DNA from: a virus
Virus record (IMG/VR): IMGVR_UViG_3300035695_000002
Span: 56,725-120,724 of that record
DNA: 64,000 nt
Direction: 5' to 3' (one strand)
The translations under genes were made by a program, and so were the position numbers. Below, one piece after another: positions 10,901 through 23,000 of the stretch. The notes beneath the pieces were generated by a model that saw nothing but the letters and a program-made list of their open reading frames with translations, was not told the DNA's origin and did no database searches. Positions within the stretch are counted from its first letter, which is position 1. Every line of letters begins with the position of its first letter.

Positions 10901-13559
10901 AATCATCCCCTATATCAGTGAATATTTCTGATAATTTGATGTAATCTCTCATCTCCTCTGCAAAATCTGAAAGTTCCTCATTAGTACTATCAGCTAATGT
11001 AGCAGGTCTATTCTTGTAAGAAAGAGAATAATCATCCAATATTCTATCTCCTTCTTTCCTCATCACCTCAATTACACTAATAAGAGGAACTACATTATGT
11101 GTAATGTGAGCTTGTCTAATGGCTTTATTAAGGGTATTTAACCTTTCTAATTTGAATTGTCTATCTTCTTCTGTAGTGGTTTTTTCTTTCCCTACTTGTC
11201 TTAAATGAGCATTCAGTTTCTTTATAATGTTGTCCAAAGCCTCATATCCTGTAGATTCTGATTCTTCTGCTATAGGAAGCAATGTAAGAGGTTCTAATGC
11301 TGAGGGACTAACACTCCCTATACCAATAGACTTTAGAATTAAAGGGGATTTTCTATCCTTTACATTCTTATTCTCAAAGTTCATTGTAATAGGAATAGCC
11401 CTCAACATACCAAATTCCTTGATATTATATTGTTTTTGGAGGATTTCTTTATATCTCCCTATTTGGACATTATAAGCTCCTTGTTTATACCATGCTACAT
11501 CATCTTGATTTTTACCAAAATTCATGAATTTCCAATCAAAAATAGAGGTTTTACCAGAAGGTTCTACAGCTAAAAAGTCTATAGTGCCAGCTTCTTTTTG
11601 TTTATCATCATAAATAATCACCTCTGAAAATATAAGAGTGTCCTTAGGAAAACTATCTACAAGTCCTACATAATACTTCTCTAGTTTGTTATACATCTCC
11701 TGAGAAGGGAGATTAAATTTAGATGGTCTTTCTTTGGGGGTTTCTCTTTTTGTTCCATCCTCATTGTAGTATCTGGAGTGAATTTCTTCAAAATCCTTAT
11801 GTCCCTCCACTCCATATTTCCTCTTAAGTTCATTGAATTCCTTTTCTTGTTCTGTAAATACCTTATTGCCAAATCTTTCTTTATACCAACGTTTCACTCT
11901 ATCTGTCACTCTTTTGGTGATTTTTTCCCATGTGCCATCTTCTTTCTGAATTCTGTAGAAATTATTGGCTTCTTCACTATCTAATAATAAAGGATCAGTT
12001 TTTCCTTCCTCCACTACCTTTTCCACTTTATTCCTTGTTTCAGCCAGCTTATCCTGTATACTCTTCTGTTTATCAGATAGTTGGAAGAAGGTTCCTTCTG
12101 TCTTAATATCTCCCACTGTTCCAATATCTTTGTTAAGAATATCAGAAGCAGCTTCTTTAAATATATCAATATTAGCCTTTTTATACAGTCCTCTTATCCA
12201 ATCAAGGATAGAATTCCACCATCCTTTTACTAAGGATTGATTGATCTCTTCTCTCAATTCAGGATTTTGCTCTAAATTCTCATTGTTATTTACAATGATT
12301 TCTGCTATAAGCTTATCTACAGCTTCTTTCTTAATCTTACGTATATCAGGCTTACCACTAGGAAGCTGATAATTCCTATCAGTTTTATAAGCATCAAATG
12401 TTTGTTTATAGATTTTGAACCTATCTATTTTGGCAATCATTTCTGTCACCATTTTAGGATTGGTTTGCTCTAAAATGGCTGTAGCCATGTGTACAGTTTC
12501 CTCTGTAATAGCTTCAGATTCCTTTCCTTCAGCAATAGATATAATACCAGCTAATAAATCAGCCTTCCCATTTACTCCTTCTGCTCCCTCAAGTGATTGA
12601 ATATCTATTCCCATCCTTTTAGCTGCTTCCTTCACCTTTTTAACAGTGTCTTCTGTAGCTAATGATTTAGGAGTTTTTTGTTTAGAAAGAATGATGTTAG
12701 CTGTCTCAAGTGTTCTAGGAAGAGGGGAGGGGATAAGTTTACTTATCTTAATAGAAGAGAGGTCATTAGCTAAGTCTTCTGCTTGTTTTCTGCCTTTTTC
12801 TGTTAATTCTGTGTTCTTTCCTCTAAACTTCTTATCTACATTGTCTTGAGTTTCCCCATGTCTAGCAATGATAATATCACCATTATCTCCTTTTATGACA
12901 AAGTGTTCCCCTGTATCAAATGTGTTATCTTGTTCTGTATACTTAATTCTCTGCTCCCTATCAAATTCATTAGGTCTACCTTCCTTATCCCAAAGCTTTA
13001 TAACTCCAAATACGGAGTTATGGGTCACCACTACAGTGTTATTTGGGGTTGTTTTTACTATTTCTTTGATTTCATTAATAACACGTTTTTCAGCTTGTTG
13101 AAAGGTTTCTCCTTCTTCTGACATTAACTCATCAGGAGTGTTAATAATGTTATTATGAATAGCTTTGTTTTTAGCTTCTGTTTGTGGTTGTCCTTCTAAG
13201 GAACCAAAATCAAATGTTCTAAATGCTGGTGTAGGAATTATAGGAGCATTAGATTTCTGAAATAACACTTCTTGTTTTATGTTTGCCAACGGTAACACGT
13301 TCACAGATAAGTAGTGCTGACCAGGAGACTTAGTGTTAATTCTTGCTATAGGGAGAGAATGTTCTTTATTTATACTAGCTACAAATTGTACACCTTTATT
13401 ATACTCGTTTTTTAGAGTGTAGAGCTTTCCTTCAAATTGTCTGAAATCTCCACTTTCCTTAGCTTTAGTGAAAACTTGGACATGAATATTTTCCAACCTA
13501 GATTTCTCAGAGTCTGATAATTGTGCTTGTTGAATGTAAGAAATTTTACAAATAGACAT
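7965..13559 (-). CDS. Large virion cargo (ejected) protein with histidine-phosphatase and PD-(D/E)XK nuclease domains (1864 aa)
   Basis: IARHGET...SPLPRTLETA (histidine phosphatase) and AGTIDFL...IFDWKF...YNVQIGRY (PD-(D/E)XK). Lies downstream of the virion RNAP, as cargo genes do in crAss-like phages. Confidence 0.75.
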   Translation of the reverse strand: MSICKISYIQQAQLSDSEKSRLENIHVQVFTKAKESGDFRQFEGKLYTLKNEYNKGVQFVASINKEHSLPIARINTKSPGQHYLSVNVLPLANIKQEVLFQKSNAPIIPTPAFRTFDFGSLEGQPQTEAKNKAIHNNIINTPDELMSEEGETFQQAEKRVINEIKEIVKTTPNNTVVVTHNSVFGVIKLWDKEGRPNEFDREQRIKYTEQDNTFDTGEHFVIKGDNGDIIIARHGETQDNVDKKFRGKNTELTEKGRKQAEDLANDLSSIKISKLIPSPLPRTLETANIILSKQKTPKSLATEDTVKKVKEAAKRMGIDIQSLEGAEGVNGKADLLAGIISIAEGKESEAITEETVHMATAILEQTNPKMVTEMIAKIDRFKIYKQTFDAYKTDRNYQLPSGKPDIRKIKKEAVDKLIAEIIVNNNENLEQNPELREEINQSLVKGWWNSILDWIRGLYKKANIDIFKEAASDILNKDIGTVGDIKTEGTFFQLSDKQKSIQDKLAETRNKVEKVVEEGKTDPLLLDSEEANNFYRIQKEDGTWEKITKRVTDRVKRWYKERFGNKVFTEQEKEFNELKRKYGVEGHKDFEEIHSRYYNEDGTKRETPKERPSKFNLPSQEMYNKLEKYYVGLVDSFPKDTLIFSEVIIYDDKQKEAGTIDFLAVEPSGKTSIFDWKFMNFGKNQDDVAWYKQGAYNVQIGRYKEILQKQYNIKEFGMLRAIPITMNFENKNVKDRKSPLILKSIGIGSVSPSALEPLTLLPIAEESESTGYEALDNIIKKLNAHLRQVGKEKTTTEEDRQFKLERLNTLNKAIRQAHITHNVVPLISVIEVMRKEGDRILDDYSLSYKNRPATLADSTNEELSDFAEEMRDYIKLSEIFTDIGDDLGSLIYTEEMKEEAPSEEVLIRKQYLDLLETESRLIRKSQKEIKKAALAFADKHIGERNLVTGLLKPEKIVKGLGSLFRGVSELPLRSLEILHKLTRAAQGKASTDALKEITTLTDIRKKLSVKGGDLRALVSQIYQKDKEGKIVNNLIFKYSPEFFKEIDKKANEGGDLQWLKENINVEEYKKEAQKAIDRQIENINKTRYNGSEEEEELIRDAEKARVKKLYDIDREDFNGWNNYILKRHPLEKWYSDEYKNILKDNDLLELYNFVVNFNEKAKDIGYLDNKVASSFLPFVRKSMAEQLSFDGEFSPIANFQKSVQINIDDVGYGNINEVTGELENSIPKYYTHDFTKTDGVNDYSQVSEDLFKNLILYIQQVEKYKYMSEIEGQLKLVKTIEEFKNHLNTGRTGDVIVKDGKPEELPGNAENTKMFDDFLRVLLYDQRYVLSDSDTPLNVGKVLNFVKKGVNSVAGREIWKENENPTATSLIKTIDAANRGFQLKTLGLEFISGAVNMFGGNLQAITQAGNYFNAGEFWKNENKLMLHNFANQEDKEIFIQLINTFMPLKDDPSYELYKEAGMTSLTRRNIGDDLMVFMRKPEQLIEKSVFLSLLQNTMVVDGKIVNIKEFVKNKYKDRYNDASSYRDIKAKIDAETEQLKKSSSIDTTKKLEDGKLVIPGLNLQDRNELQRLTNLSRRLSRNATGGMTDGDINRMSMSIWTKSMMIFKGWIPKLADTRFSEFRKVSDDFSVRVNEDGIAEGQKYDIGRIRLLAYILSDGIFKGVANLKNILYLNQQGIARLDEAFEHFKQKYESETGETLNMTREDFIDLIRTNLSNQMRELAIFVGLIASAISLGYMAPDDDEDKATKNFFRYSQKVLDKFVNELSFFYNPADWESLLSGGIFPAVGIIEDMQKFVVHFFKETTGLDFDPNTSYEDVRKKAQPIKYGMKMFPITKSALTYASILNSQFAKDFDVTVSKSSSRK

Positions 13560-13562
13560 TTA

Positions 13563-14018
13563 TTAATTGGTTACAACTGGAAAAATAATATAAATCATGA
13601 AATTATAGAGAAAATGAGCACTTACAGCAGACCAATAGGACATACCATTCTTAACATACACCCAACCAAAAGCAAAACCTGCCACTCCTTGTATGAGAAT
13701 ATTGTAAAATCCTCCATGTATTGCTCCAAATAATATGGCTAATATGGCTACAAAATACATGGATTTTTCTTTAAACAATTGTGTATCTTTCAATAGTGTT
13801 AGAGGGATAAATCGGAATACTAATTCTTCAAAAATCGGAGCTACAGTAAGCCCCCTAAGAATTTGATACCAAGGAATTGTTTTAAGCCCTAGTTTCATAT
13901 CATACCCTGGAATTAATGTATTTAATATAGATGAGTTTATAATTATGATAAGTAATGATAACCCTACGGCTACTAGAATATTAAGTCCTTTTGATGTTAA
14001 TGATTGGTTTGTTTCCAT
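13563..14018 (-). CDS. CPBP/Abi (CAAX protease-like) intramembrane glutamic protease
   Basis: APIFEELVFR, FGAIH and AHFLYN motifs, with several TM helices. Confidence 0.85.
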   Translation of the reverse strand: METNQSLTSKGLNILVAVGLSLLIIIINSSILNTLIPGYDMKLGLKTIPWYQILRGLTVAPIFEELVFRFIPLTLLKDTQLFKEKSMYFVAILAILFGAIHGGFYNILIQGVAGFAFGWVYVKNGMSYWSAVSAHFLYNFMIYIIFPVVTN

Positions 14019-14021
14019 GTT

Positions 14022-17000
14022 TTAACTGCAATTTGGCAGGTTTGAATTTGAGTCATCTTCATCCTCTACTACTTCCTTTGTGGGACTTTCAAAATATGAA
14101 AGAATAGACTCATCAGAAGCCTCTTTTTCCACCTTTATAAATCCATTATCAATTATAGAAGGTTTTGCTACATTGTAGAACTCATTAGCAGAGAAATATA
14201 CACCATCAGAAGAATGAGAGTCCCCCCATGCATTTATGGCCTTGTATACATAATCACTTATAAGTGTGTCTCCTATAGAGAAATCTATTGTGTAAGGGGT
14301 TCCATATTGTTTAACTTTTTTAAACAATCCTCTCTTAATATAAGAATAATCCCCTTGTTTTTTAAGTTTATCTTTTTCTGCTTTAGTACCAGTTTCCCAT
14401 GTATAGACAATAACATCATTTTCAGCTTCCCTAGACTTAGTGTTAATTTTCACTAATTGAGGAATTTCCTTTTTAGCTATGGCTGCACTCACTCTCTTAT
14501 ATCCAATAAACTTCATGTTATTGTTGTATTTCCATTCACCATTCTTATTTTGCTTCCATTTAGCCTTTCTTTGTGGCACTAAATCATCATTATTCCAGTT
14601 GTTTCTCTGGAATACATCTAGAACTTTAAAGTCTGCTAAGTTAGGATATTCTTCTAATATAGACAAGGTTTTATTGTAAATATTTTTGAAATCCTCATAA
14701 GGCAGTAAGGAAGTGAAAGAAATAGGGGAATTTGACAGTCCTGATTGTAATACTGCCAATCTAACTAATGATCCATATAAAGGACTATCTTGAACTTTAA
14801 GATATTGTCTCAGCTCAGAGAATGCATATATCATCTGATTTTGATCATACACCTTATTATCCTTATTCTTGATTTTAAGATTATTCACACCTTCATTCTT
14901 TTCAGAGAAATGAGGGGTTACTAGTTTTACAATCTGATTGTTATACAAAGGATGATTTTCATCTTTTCTTACCTTAGTAACAAAATCTGACACTTCTTTA
15001 GCTGTATTATCGTCAGAAAGTAATATTTTCTGTATCTGGTTGTTCAGTTTTCTATCATTTTGCACAGCCCAATCAAACAAATCATTTACTGCTTTTTGAG
15101 CTAATTTCACAAAATCCCTATCATTCATGTCCACATAAGGACGTAGAACATCTTCTATCACCTCTCTTACATTAGGTTTATCAGAGGTAAGAATAGTGGA
15201 GAAAGCATCTCTTACATCATATATTTTCTCACTTAATTTCCCTATAAACGATCCTTTAACTAAATCGTTCACTGAGGAAATAATAGTAGATTGAGCTTTT
15301 TTAAATTGCTCATTCTTTTTAAATACTAGATAAGGATCATTAAAATTGGCAGTATCCCAGTTAGCTCCTTGGGTTACAAGGAATTGGTGGTTGGCCATTT
15401 TAGCATATTTCAAGAATTCATTAAGTATGAACTGTTGTTGAGCTTTCTCTTGAGGAGATAGTTTTTCCTTTCCTACAGTTTCTCCAAGATTTGAAGGAAT
15501 TTCTTTGATTTTATTGAATTCTGAAGGAGCCACTTTATATTTAGGAGAATCTTTTATATCTTCTACAAAATCCTCTATGAAAAGCCATACATATCCTGCA
15601 TTCTCAATACTATCTAGATAATCCCTAATAATAGGTTGATTCATGAAATAGGCTACATCTTTAATAGGTACACCTAATTTAACTAAAAATAACCATGTAG
15701 AGGCTACATTAGGAGAAGCTCCAAGTTCCATAATCCAAGGACCTTTGGAAATATCTACATATCCATCAATAAACTGTCCTATAATATCAGATATATTTTC
15801 TCCTTTAGCATTCTTTATCATGGAAAGCGTAGGGACAGATTTATCATTTACATCTATCTTGTTGTAGTTTTTGAACTTTATAGCTACATCTTCTTTCTTG
15901 AAAGTTCCTCCAGATAGCCAGAACTTATCCTCCTCTGATACCAATCCCCATCTTTCTTGATCTATGTATATAGGTTGTCTTTGGTTTAAAGAGTGATTTG
16001 TTTGATTAACAGCAGCTATACCAATGGCATATTTACCAGACACAAACGCCTGTCTAAGCCTAGACATAAAATGCCTGTTAAGCATGTTTTTAGGATCATC
16101 ATATGTAAATTCTGCAAACCCAAGCTTTTTAGTAATATCCTTAGCTAGAGCTTTTAATTGATCAGCAGAGTTAGGTTTTACAAGATTCTCAAAATTATCA
16201 GGATGTGATATAAGATTCTGTAGAGATTGAATATATTCATTCTCCAGGGACTTCTTATATATCTGATTGACAATTCTCTCTTTAAGATTTTCATCTGAAT
16301 TTGCTTCTAAAAAGTCATCTATCACCTCTTGATCAAAAGCTCCTTGTCCGAATATAGCTGTAGCTAGTTTATTTACTACATCCTGTCTTTCATCTAAAGC
16401 TCTTGTTTTTATCCAATTATTAACCCTGTTTCTATCTTCTTTCTTTAAGAATTCTCCTTGGTCATATAATTCACCAAGTTTAGCTTTAGCTGCTTCCCCA
16501 TATCCATAGAATGGAATTTGTTTAATATTGCCTTTTAAGCTAGTGTATGTGTTTTTGAAATAGATGAAGAGTTTATCAATATCAAAGTCAGACCCCACCT
16601 TTCTTACAAGTTCTGAAGGAATGACTACAGAATCTCCAAATTCTTTAGGAAGGAACTGCTTTATTACAAAACTATCAATAGAGTTCTGTTTCTGTGTAGG
16701 AATTCTATACGCTACACCAGATAATAAAGATTGCCCTTCTTTGGTTTTATTCAAATAGTTCAATAATTCACTGTCAGAAAGAGGGCTATTAAACCATCTT
16801 CCCACCATTATTTCACATGTTCTCTTACCATCTTCATCTTTATAAAATCTGAGAAAATCAGAAGTATAAGCCCCTTTTTCTTTCTTAGCTTTTACAGATT
16901 CCAATAATGTAGAAGGAATTTGTACCTTTTGTCCTCCTGAAATCTTAGGAGAAATAACATTCCTATCAGCTATAGAATATAGGATATTTCTTATTTGTTG

Positions 17001-20000
17001 ATAAGCAGGGGTAGCTTCTAATACAACATCACCGTTCTTAAATCCTTCAAAAGCATCTACGATATTGTCATTCACCTCTCTTTTCAACACCTCATCCCTA
17101 AGAGTATCACTCACTTTATCAAAATCCTTAATAATGAAATCACCATCTTTGGTTTGTTCAATACCCATCTTTGTTAATAGGGAATTATATCCATTATCAA
17201 TAATGGCTTCCAATAAATGCTGATTGTTCTTTATTTCCTTATATAGCTCAGATTTGGCTAATTTCTGGGTTTCTGAAAGTTTATTCCATTCATTGAGCCT
17301 TTGTGTGAAATTAGCTCCTTTACTGAAGTCTACAGGAACTCCAGCCTCCATATAGTCCATTGTAACTAATTTGGTGATTTGAGATCCTCTAGTAACCAAA
17401 GGTTCATCCTTGGAAGGAACCTCTGATTGTATGGAAATAATACCATGAGAGACGTTTACAAGAGCCTCATAAGGAGATTCATTGAATGTTCCATCTTCAT
17501 TATAAATAGGATTAAGTCCTTCAGAACCCACTTTTCTACCGGAAGCAAATACTGTATAATCAATGTTCTCTTTCTGCATTTTATTATAATGCTTAATAGC
17601 ATTACTCTCAGGATTGAGAGAATGAACTATTCTAAAGGAAAGAGGATAGAGAGCAAACTTATCTAATACAACATCATTATAAGGTTTCCCGTTGAGTTTA
17701 TTTCCAAACACAATAGGTTTAATAGGAGTGTATGCACTCTTTACTTCAGGATTGATTCCGTCTAAAAGTGTTCTTTCTTCTTTAGATAGATCAATTCCTT
17801 TAATATCTTTCTCATAAGCAATGTCATATCTGTATTGCTTTTCTTCATCATCATTCCATTCTCCAGCTTTGATTCTAAACCACCTGTAGGCTTTATGTGA
17901 GATTATACCTCCACCGTCAGTTTCTTCAAAGTTCCCATAATCCTTTAAATCGGAGGTAGAAACAACATCTTCAGATGTAACTGTTCTGAAATAATCCCTA
18001 GTCATATCTGTATATCCCACATCCCCTTTATCATACCCCTTATTCCATATCTTATTAAGAGCTTTGTTGAAATTAGGAGAATTGTTAATTATAGCCTGTC
18101 TAGGAGAAAGAGCATTCTTAATACGCTTTAATTCATCAGAATATTGATAGGGGTCAGAATATAAGAGCTTATGAAACTCTATGTTATTGACAATATAATT
18201 GATTGTAATAGCACTTAATTGTCTATTTAATACAGGTTCTGTAATAACTTCTCCATCAGAGAAAGACAGATTTTGCACTTTGATTCCCTCACTATCCTTT
18301 TTAATAATGTCATATTTGGAGAGAAGTTCTCTTAAATTAACAGTTTCCTGCTTAATAAAAGCGTCAACTGCCTTATTTATCTGGGACTGATATTTTGCAT
18401 ACACTTCCTCAGTAGACAATTTTTCCTTTAATATAGACTTCTGTAACTCTTCTCCAAGTATGGACTTTAAGAACCTTAGATCTTCACTATCCCTCTTTTT
18501 AGCTACAGGTCTATCCTCCCTAGAAAGCTCTAATTCTGACAGAAAATACCCTTTGAATATATCATGTACTTTAGACATTCCTGATAATAGACTATCTGAA
18601 GATATATGATTTCCCATATAGGTCATCCATTCCATAGAAGCATCTCCAGGTACAAGATTGTAATAATATCCTTTAGAATTAAGATTGATTTCCTGTACAA
18701 GTCTTTCTTTGTATGTCAATTTGGCAGATTGTTTCTTCTTACCATTAGACGTATTGACAGTACCATCAGCATACCCAGGATGCATTAATTGCTCTCCTCC
18801 TTTGATTCTGTTTCCTGTAACAGGATTAAATATCTTATCCAAAATCACACTTCCTTGTGCAAAACTATCCGTAAGAAGATATTCGTAAGGAGTGTTGACT
18901 AGTTCGTTTTTATTGTTTATCTGGGAAAGAACATCAAATAAATCACTTGTAGGATTGGTTCCTATGAAAGTTTGTGTACGTTCTCCTTTTACATTAAAGA
19001 ATGTACTATCGAACTCTGGATTGTCAATAGAAGCCCTAATCAATGAAAGCTGCATAAGCCTTCCTTTGATGTTAAGCACTTTTCTACTCACTGTGGCTAT
19101 TTTCTCAGCTTCTTGAATACTCTTCTTTATACCAGCAACTGCTTCTATAAAGGATTGTTTTTTATCAGCAGAAAGTTTAGAAAGCTCTGAAGTCTTAAAC
19201 TCTATACCTAGGGATTTAAGGAAATTTATCCTATTTTGATCAGTAGATAGGGACACAGATTTTACACCAGAAGGTTTCCCTATATAAGCTTTCTCCTTGT
19301 TAGAATACTCAAAATAAGGATTTTTACTCTTTACTGTCTTTATAATAGAATTACCATAATCTGCACTCACTTGTCTAGCAGCACTAGATAGATTGCTATC
19401 TCCTACTTCTACATCTCCATTATCAAATATGTAAACATTCTTTACATCAGGAGACTGTTTTTTGAATGTTCTCCAGAAAGCAGCTAGAAGCTGTCCATCA
19501 TGTACTTCTGATATTTCCGATAGGTCAGAGGTGTTTTTTGTAAGTCTATTATATAGAGTTTTATAGTTATTATCATCCTCTGACATTTCCTTAATTCTAT
19601 CCATCATCTCATCGATGCTTCTGGAAGTATGGACATTATTCATAATAGCCATAAACACTTGACTAGAAGGAAGGAGTCTCACTCCTCCTATAGAAGACCT
19701 AACTAAATGATTTTTACTATCAACTATCGGAATAGTGGAAAGAAGAAGTTTTACAGCACTATTGGCTTTCTTGAATACATCTATTTTAGTAGCCTCCTGA
19801 TAATCCCCTTTCTTGGAAGCATCTTCGTCCTTAAGTACTAAATCATCATTTTCATCAAATTCAATAGAATAGGTTTTAAGGTATTCTTGGTGTTTTTTCA
19901 CCAATTCATCCCATTCACCAGATTGTTCAGCTATCTTTGTAAACCTAGTTTTAAGTCTATCGTACAGTTCTTTCTTATGTATATCAGGAATAGAGAATAA

Positions 20001-23000
20001 GCTCTTATTATCCTTAATAAGATCTGTAAGTGTTAAATAGGTCATATGCTGCATAATGTCATTCACCTTATCAGCAGGAATGTTTTTTATGCGAAATTCA
20101 CTGAAATTATCAGTGTATGCTTGTTCTACATCAATAAACCCTTCTTTAGCAAAGGAGAGCTGTTGTTCATGAGGAATGAATTGTTTATAGTATCCTCTAC
20201 CTATTTTATCAAATAACTTGTCTGTATTAGAAACAGCAGTATTTCCAGTGAAAAATGACTTTATAAAGTCTACTAAGTCACGGAATAGTTTTATAATAAA
20301 ATGTGTATTTTTAGCTTTTGGAGGAGATTTCTTATTAAGAACATAGTCTCTAAATTCTTCAGCCAATTGTTCTTTTATTTGAAAATCTGTAGCTTCAGAA
20401 TAATTAACAGTTTTGCCTGTAGGTCTGTCTACAAAACTACCTTCCCTGTCTTTGAATTCTTTTATTACATTAGCTTGTTCCTGAGGATCGGAGAACATTT
20501 TCCACACAGCTTCAAATACTTCATGGTAGATGGTTCCTAATTCTGCATCCTTAGATATGTAAATAGCTCCATTTTTTAACATACCCCAAGCTTGCTGGCC
20601 ATTAGTAGCCTGAATTACATTCTTCACTCTATATACAGGAAGGTTAGGGAAGTTAGCTTTTAACCACTTCTGCATCTCTTCCCAATTCTCAGGTTCAAAA
20701 TACTTAAGAGGTTCTTCAAGTTTAACTCTTAAGGCTACTTCCTCCCCATCTAAATCATCTATAGACCATTCCATTTTCTCCTCTATAGGAGATGTTGTTA
20801 TAATGGCTGGTTTCCTTTCAGGAGAAGGTGTTTCTGTTGATTTGTTAAATATAGACTTCTTAGGAGCCTTTTCCTCTGTTATTTGTGGAGCTATTGCTTG
20901 TTTAATTTTGCCTTCTATAGATGCTTTAGCTACATCTTTGTCATATTTCTCTGTAAGAGATTTGCGTATTTCTTCTACATCCCCTCCTGTTAATATGGTG
21001 ATTTTACCTTCAGAGGTGGCTTTGAAGTTTATATTTTTCCCTTCTGGGGAGGTATAAGTGTTAACTGTTTTACCATCCAGAATATAACCTTTCTGAGAAA
21101 CCTCCTTTTTAGCACTAGGAGCAACAACAGCTTTCTTGGGAGCATTTTCATAATTATCAGCACTATCTGTTAATGTGAAATATATACCATGTCTATTAAC
21201 GGCTCCTTCACCCACAGGTTTCATATTGGTGGAAAGAGGGAGTTCTGAAGATTTTCTTCCTTCCTTGGACAATAGATAGGTTTGATAATTAGGCCATGAT
21301 TTAGCCTCTATAACTCCTTCTCTGGAAATAGAGGTTATTTCCTCATAAGGAGTATTCCATAACTCAGGCTTATCAGTAAGCCCTGAATTAATATTATTAT
21401 ACATCCCTTCTAATAAGGAGATGATTTCCTCTTTACTCCCTTCTATAGAAGAAGGTGTGAAAGGATAAGTTTTATCTTTTCCTGATATAGATAGAGAGAA
21501 TTCCCCATTAATAGTACTAAACCATACACTGTTAAATCCTGCTGCATTCTTAGGAGATCCCCAATAAATGATGGATTTAAGCCAATTCATCAATCTTTTA
21601 GATTGTTCTGATTGAGCATCTTGGTTATTAAATATATCAATAGCTAATTGATGAATAGCTTCATATATTGTATTTACTTCATTCTTAGTAAGTTTTCTAT
21701 TGTCAAGCTTTACATATCCATTAGGAAGATTAAGGAAAGGACGTCCTAGAGGACTAGTGAAAGATACACTTCCTTTCTCTACAGTGGTGTCTGTGGTAGG
21801 AATGAATATTACAGGTTTTTCAGATAGGTCAGAAGACTTTATTAGTCCAGCTTCCTCTACACTAGTTTTAGCTGTATAGTCTCTTTTATTATTCCCTTTC
21901 TCATCTAAATTGGTAACATATTCAGGTATGCCGAAAGAAGCAGAAACAGGATGTTCATTTAAAGAAGGTTTCTCTAAAGCATTCTTTACCCATTCTGCGT
22001 AACGCATTTTGTAGTATTCTATCTGTTCAGGAGTAGTGTCCTTTCTAAACATAGTACCACCACCAAATTCCTTACTCCATTCTAATTTAGGATCAGGCAT
22101 CACTTGAACAATAATATTATCGAATGATGGGAATTCTAACTTTTTACCATCTTCTCCTACAGGAACACCATTCTCCACCATTACCAAAGCAATGATTTTA
22201 GAAGCATCTGCATCAGAATCTCCTTTTAAGAAATTAGTGAGTCCTTTAAGTCCTAATTCCTCTTCATTTTTAGATGTCAATAAAACACCTTTGATTTTCT
22301 GTCTATTAGGAAAACTATCTAAATTAGCTCCAAACTTATTACTTCTTATATGATGAGGAAGTGTAGAACTACCAGCAGGTTTTGTAGAAGTTACTACAGC
22401 CACATCAGTTTTCTTTGGTTTTGGTTCATAGGAAGATTCAGAATTCACTGTCTGAACTCCAGGATCTGCACTTCCTAATATCTCTTTTTGAAGCTTTTTA
22501 CTATTCTTTATTTTCTCTTCTTCTTCCTTTTGTCTAATAAATTTATCTGCTACTTCTTGAAATTTAGCAAGAATTAAATCTTTTGCTTTCAGTTCTTTTT
22601 CAGCATCACTTAGTTTAGTTTGAAGTCCTTTTAATTCTGTAACAAGTTCGTTTAATGTACGCTCATTAGGAGTAATGTCCAAGTCCTCTACTTGAGATAC
22701 AAGTTCTTCCACCTTAGAAAGCATATCCTTATAATCAGGATTTTTCTTAAGGAAGTTAGGATTTGACTTTAAAAAGTCCACCCACTCTTGTCCAATAGCT
22801 AAAGGAGCTTTAGGATAGAGAGTTTTGAAATCACTAATTATATCTCTTAAATATGCTACAGCAGAATCTAATGCTCCTTTTACCCCATCTACAAGTTTGG
22901 AAAGAGTATTTATTTCCTTACCTGTTTCCAAAATAAGAGATTCTAAGTTGTTTCTCTGTTCCTTTAATTCTTCTAAAAAGTCTTTAGTGTTAGTAGGAAG

